Assembly: GCA_900088475.1 (NCBI GenBank)
Contig: FLMG01002184.1
Span: forward strand, 62,001-126,000
From: Hyphochytrium catenoides
Lineage: Eukaryota > Protista > Hyphochytriomycota
DNA: 64,000 nucleotides
Direction of reading: 5' to 3'
Shown here: piece after piece, positions 59,201 to 64,000 of the stretch
Layout of the letters: each line of letters starts with the position of its first letter
Numbering within the stretch: the first letter of the stretch is position 1
Made by a program: the position numbers and the translations under genes
The notes under the pieces: model-generated
Told to the model about the DNA's origin: nothing
Databases searched by the model: none
The model's input: the letters and a program-made list of their open reading frames with translations, nothing else

Positions 59201-62200
59201 ATAAGCTCGAAACACGCGACCTAGCAACTGGCGTCCAAACGTCGCCAACAAGGCGCTAGAGACTAAGACCTCTTCCGCCTCTAACTGGCTGAGTGGCATG
59301 TTATCTAGTCCCACATCTGCATGGATTGATGTGCTAGCAGGCTTCACGTCCGGATTGGCCAGGCAAACGTTCCACTGTAAGAAGGCAGAGCCCACGTCAC
59401 TGCTCTCGAAGATGTGATAGGAAGGACTGGAGCGGATGTCGTCAGCTTCCGTCGACTCTTCGGTCCACAAAATTCTAGGATCACGGCTCGACTCCCAATG
59501 AGAGGTAGAGTCCGGGTTGTCCGCTTGACTTATGGACAACCGCTGAATGTCGTTAAGATGGGCATCCCTAAGCTTAGCGTATTGGTCGTTGTTCCTCTCG
59601 AGTCGACGAGCTAACCACGCTACCGACGAGAGGAGGCAGTCCTCTGACATCATCAAACCCTCCATACACAGCTCTTGAGAAAGCCCGAGCAGATGACTCA
59701 GCATAATCGCAGCCTTCTGGCGCCTGTCCCTAACCGCTTCCTCTTGAAGGTCTCTATGGGTAACTTTAAGCCAAGCAAGAGCCTCACCGTAGTTGCCATT
59801 AGTGACCGACAAAGCTTGAGCACACCAGTCCTTTGGTATAGTGAATCCAATGCTGCTTGTGGCTTTCTCAAGGAGCTGGGCAATCTTTGCCTGGCTCTCA
59901 CTATCATCGTAGCTTCCCGACTTTAGATCTATAGTCTTTCTTCGCACAGCGTTACGATTACCTGTGGAACCTGCAGAGCTACTTGGAGCTGAGCTAAAAA
60001 CATCCCTTTCGCTAGGAAAAAATGAGCTGAGGCGCCTGGGCCTGTGTCCGGCCGTAGCTAAGAGAGAGCTTGCTTGGCCTGTGCTTTCCAGAATCTCTTT
60101 TGCTCCCGATGTAGGTGACAATGGAGCATCTCCCGTCATCTGTAGATGGCTAGAGCAAGAGCCGTCAGAAACCAAACATCACAAGCGGTCCACGCCTTGC
60201 TACCTTGGGGAAAGAAGACTCTCTACTCTTGGGGAGTCGATGGCAGGATTTGGGGACATCAAGCTTGGAACTTCTACAGCTGATTGGCCGTCTATAGTCA
60301 AGCTTTGCAACCCAATTCGTTGACGTTGTGTGCTCAGTCTCCTGCTCAGTGACGTTGGAATCTCCTCGTTTCTTGACGTTACTGTTCCTACATTGACATC
60401 GATCAGACCTGGACTGCGCTAGATTTAGCAGTATCTAAGCTACCTGGGGCCGGAAGTGGTCTATTATTCTCAACCGATGTTGCTCTCGCCTCTTGAAAGG
60501 AAGCATTCCTTGCAGTTTCGGTAACCTAGTAAGCACATCAGCTCTACATAGACTTAAATAGAAAGTGTAGCTCTTTCTCTCCCGAGTACCTCGTTATTGA
60601 CGGTCAGCCCTCGAGGAGAGACCACATCAGACGGTGCCGCTGCTAGGTGTCCTTGGTTTGATGCGCTAGCTATACTGGCTCTCTGCGATAGGACCGACTG
60701 GTTATTCGGCAGCTGAAATTCAAAGGTTATGAGGCCACCGCGGGAGAGGATAAGTGAAAGACGAGCCCCAGGATGCAGGGCAACGGAAGTATTATGGATC
60801 CGTATGCCGTCTACAATGGTCCCGTTTTTGCTTGTGTCCCTCAGTTCATATCGAGAATTCCAACTACCGTCAACACTTCTGTCCCCAGGAAGATGCCTGA
60901 GGGAGAAGTGTTTGCTGCTTATGCTACGATCATTGATCACGACGTCACAACTCCCTAGCTGTCGACCGAGAATCACGAAAGATTGGCGCAACTCCACCAG
61001 CGAGACACCAACATTGACCTCCTCCTCCAACCCACTTGGGATGACACTAAGAAGACCCCATACAGGAACCACGGTAGCGTCTGAGTCGCTGCCAAAGTTC
61101 GTTAAGATTAGTGGAGGCCGACTGTCTTTTGGCTGGTGGCTGTGACCGTCGCTATGGCCTGTGGTTGCCTTCCGATCATTCTTGACTGCATTAACAGTCA
61201 CAGCTTTGGTCGGAACTTCGACATTTCCTTTAGCGCTAGCTTTCTTTTCCGTAGCAGCCAAGGGCAGTTCCGACGGTGATTTTGAAGTGAGCAATTTGCC
61301 TAGGACCTATCAGCACCAATTGAGCAGACATGATCCTCAAAGGTGGTGATACGTGACATACCAATGACTGCTGCAAATGGAGGTCAGCCTCAGCTGCCTG
61401 GATCGCCTCCTTTCTCTGCTGGCGCTCCTTTACTGCATGCCATCTTGCCTGAAGCAGAATTGCTCCAGCTTCAACACCCTGCCCAGAAGCTCCATTAGCT
61501 CTCCACTTCTGGACTCCTCCCGTACCCCACTTCGCTCTCTTACCTTGACATTCTCGAAGCCCAACTTCTTCCACCACCGTCTTATTTCGTTTCCACCCTC
61601 GCTCGAAACTGCTTGAATGATAGCATCTAAAGCCTCTTTGGTAAGCAAGTCTTCATCACAGCCTACTCTAACGGATAGTAGAGTGGATAGAGCTTTTGCA
61701 GTTCGCCACTGCATCTGTCGGCTTAAGTTGCTAAACATGCATAGAAACTCCGGCGACGCCCCAGACTTTTTATGTTGGTGCTTTGCCGAAAGATATGGCT
61801 GCTCCCTTAAGAGACCGAAAAATGACTGGAATGCCTAAGGAACACGACTCAGCCTCGGGTCGGTCTAAAATGCGGCACTTGACGTACCTGTGGGTCGAGA
61901 TCGAACATTTCAGTAGTAGGTGATACGCGCTCAGCTGCCCGTAGCATCGAGATGGCATATCGCTTCACGGTGCCACTGTTCTCACGTAGTTCAACCTCTG
62001 CCTCCTTTTCGTTTGAGTCTAGCCTTAAAACGGTACCTATGAGATGCTTAGCCGGGACTGCTTCTTGAATAGAGACGGTAGAACCAGGCCTGAGCTGCTC
62101 GGTGAAGCCACCAGTTACCGCTATGACACCCAGCATATGATAAAAATTCCTTAGTGCTTGAATGCCCGAGGGATGGGAGCAAAGAGTCTCCCTTGCTGCC

Positions 62201-64000
62201 ATCAGCTCTTGAAGCAATGATTTAGTTGATGATGGGTGGTTTGCAGGCTCTAAATCTGTCTCCGCGGTTGAAGCTTCTGACGTCTTGGCATTTTTTATCG
62301 TCAAGTCACATATCTCGTCCTCAGGGTTGGCCTTAAGCGAAAACGCCTTCGCTGGTAATGCCGATCCATTACCCTTTTCAAAATGCAGAGAACATTTGGC
62401 GAATGAGTTTGATGCTTCCATCTTACACTGCTCTATCTCACCTGATCTGCCACCTCATATGCGGCATGCGGCAGCGGCGTATGGGCCGCCTCTGGCTTCC
62501 GTGTAGCATCTGGTGACTTCTTTTGCTGAGGACCACACCCCTGGGGCAGCCCTGATACCATGAAATAGCTTAGATAAATGCATGTGGTTTTGATCTTGCA
62601 GGTCGACTTACCGGTGTTAAGATCTGCCTCTCGACCTCTTACAGCTAGACTAGCTCTTATGTATCTTATATCCGCTCCACACATAGCTGCCGTGGAGCAG
62701 AGGTGGGAAACCTCACCCACGATGTGTGGAAAGTGCGGGATAAGTGTAACAGCTCTCTGGAGACAATTGGTAAACGCTCTTTTCCACTCGGGGGACATAT
62801 TCAGCAATCGAATAGCAGCAATCGACTCGGAGGCTAAGATGCCATCAGAAGCGACTCGCAAGCAGAAGCGTCCAGTAGTAAGTGAAGAGTCCGCCTCTGC
62901 TAACAGCGTTGTTGAACTCCGAATTGTCTGGGCCGCAGCTTCAAAAAAGGCACCGCATTCCTTGGAAGTCAGAGAATAGCCAATGATAAAGAAAAGAATA
63001 GAATAAATATCGGGGAAGACTTGGTCTATCTCCCCGGAATGGATATGAAGGATTTGTTCCACTGGTTGGCGTACGCGCGCATTCCTCAAAGACATCGGAA
63101 TGGCAGAGGAGATTAAGTTGACGCTAAGACGTGGGAAGAGCTTAGATGAAATACGCAAAGATAGAACAGCGGTTGATGTCGACACGGAAACGATTCCCTG
63201 GATGAGTTGACTGACGAGCCTTGCATCTTTTGCCATGAAGTCCAGAGCTTTAGTGTTTCTTTCAATGATTGAAAGAAGCATGTAAAGAGTCTAGCAGACC
63301 ACAGTTAGCAGGTCATCACGGAATCTAAAGCTGTTGGATGAGGGCACTGACCTGCTCCTTGTGGAGACCTTTTGCAGTCATAACACCCCAATTTGCAAGT
63401 GTGGACGATGCAACAGGGGTCGGAATACAGTCTGAAGCGCAGAACTGGAAGAGCCCCATACAAGAATCGCTTAGCGCCTTCCCTTGCCAAGAGGCTGAAT
63501 CCCATTGCTCAGCTTTCGGTGACAGCCATTCATGAGATCCATTATAGACCCTCGGCATCTCGGAGGGGCTCTTGTTGAACTCCTCAAGGGTAGCTTCTAA
63601 TAGCGATTGAGCAGTGTTGGTCAAGTCGTCCTGACCTCTCATAGTACTCACAGCTGCGCCTACAACGTACTGCTTGCAACCCAGCAGCCGACAAAGGATC
63701 AGCCGGTAGAGGATCCAGACACCTGAGTGTGAACATGTTCAGCACATTGTGAGCTCCGGGTGAGACATTACTCCCATACCTGCTCGAACACGCAGCAGCT
63801 CTAACTGTGGGGCTGCAAGACGACCCATTTCTCGCTCTGAAGTGGGTATATTCAAAGCCTTGACATTCTGGCAGACTTGTGCCATGGATGCATTGAGGAG
63901 AGGCTCTCCGTGGTATATAGAGTTGCTTAAGGGAGTCGTAGAATTGTGATTTTCCCTCAAACCTGAACCTCGCAAGCCGATAACGACGTAACTTGTATAG
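53258..64000 (-). CDS. Giant HECT E3 ubiquitin ligase (HERC1/HECTD4-like) with FHA, UBA-like, Vps62-like and two SPRY domains; 5' part outside window
   Basis: HECT: FLGEYGDDFGGLFRE, FLRFVWGRSRLP, LPVAHTCFF. SPRY: GIHVWEIRI..GDLVRMTLD..LSFALNGKDFGVAF and GDTIGCGL..IFYSLNG. UBA-like: LSALGFS..ALRNSDDDPTRAVEFI. Vps62-like: LWIPVAPDGYVPLGC. FHA: LGR..SSKH..SKNGT. Confidence 0.92.

Noticed and set aside
1-64000. Alternative genetic code or stop-codon readthrough to explain fragmented ORFs
   Set aside because: The breaks I traced are resolved by ordinary spliceosomal introns, and TAA, TAG and TGA all end genes.
1-64000. Introner-like repeated introns, CRISPR arrays, rRNA or spliceosomal snRNA genes
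   Set aside because: By eye I found no shared sequence among introns, no repeat-spacer periodicity and no rRNA/snRNA signatures. An all-vs-all intron alignment and an Rfam scan would be needed to exclude them fully.

Overview
Eukaryotic nuclear DNA (~50% GC, standard genetic code). It is gene-dense, with many short (mostly ~45-110 nt) GT-AG introns that often show CTAAC/CTGAC-like branch points. The organism is probably a flagellated stramenopile; this is an inference from gene content and protein style, not a database result. Genes in order: 3' part of an LRR protein (+); atypical Ser/Thr kinase with haspin-like layout (-); mitochondrial PDH E1-alpha (+); Trf4/PAPD5-type poly(A) polymerase (+); TMEM104-type transporter (-); GCN2 (+); VMA21 (-); tRNA-Phe(GAA) (-); a long disordered orphan protein (-); TRM5 (+); NSE2/MMS21 (-); a 218-aa zinc-finger protein that appears only after splicing (-); cornichon/ERV14 (-); outer-arm gamma-type dynein heavy chain (+); a scrambled Ty1/copia relic; an OSCA/TMEM63 channel (+); and the 3' ~10.7 kb of a giant FHA-UBA-Vps62-SPRY-HECT E3 ligase (-). 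The most interesting observations are: (1) a non-WNK kinase with a WNK-style relocated lysine, sitting behind a Myb/MSA+CHR+CCAAT promoter; (2) a SHI/STY-like zinc-finger gene that shares an E2F-type 11-mer with its neighbour NSE2; (3) a recurrent palindromic TACAGTAC/GTACTGTA motif in three promoters; (4) a neighbourhood enriched in tRNA-surveillance and amino-acid-sensing genes; (5) the FHA-bearing HECT ligase. All gene models were spliced by eye, and several 5' ends are uncertain.
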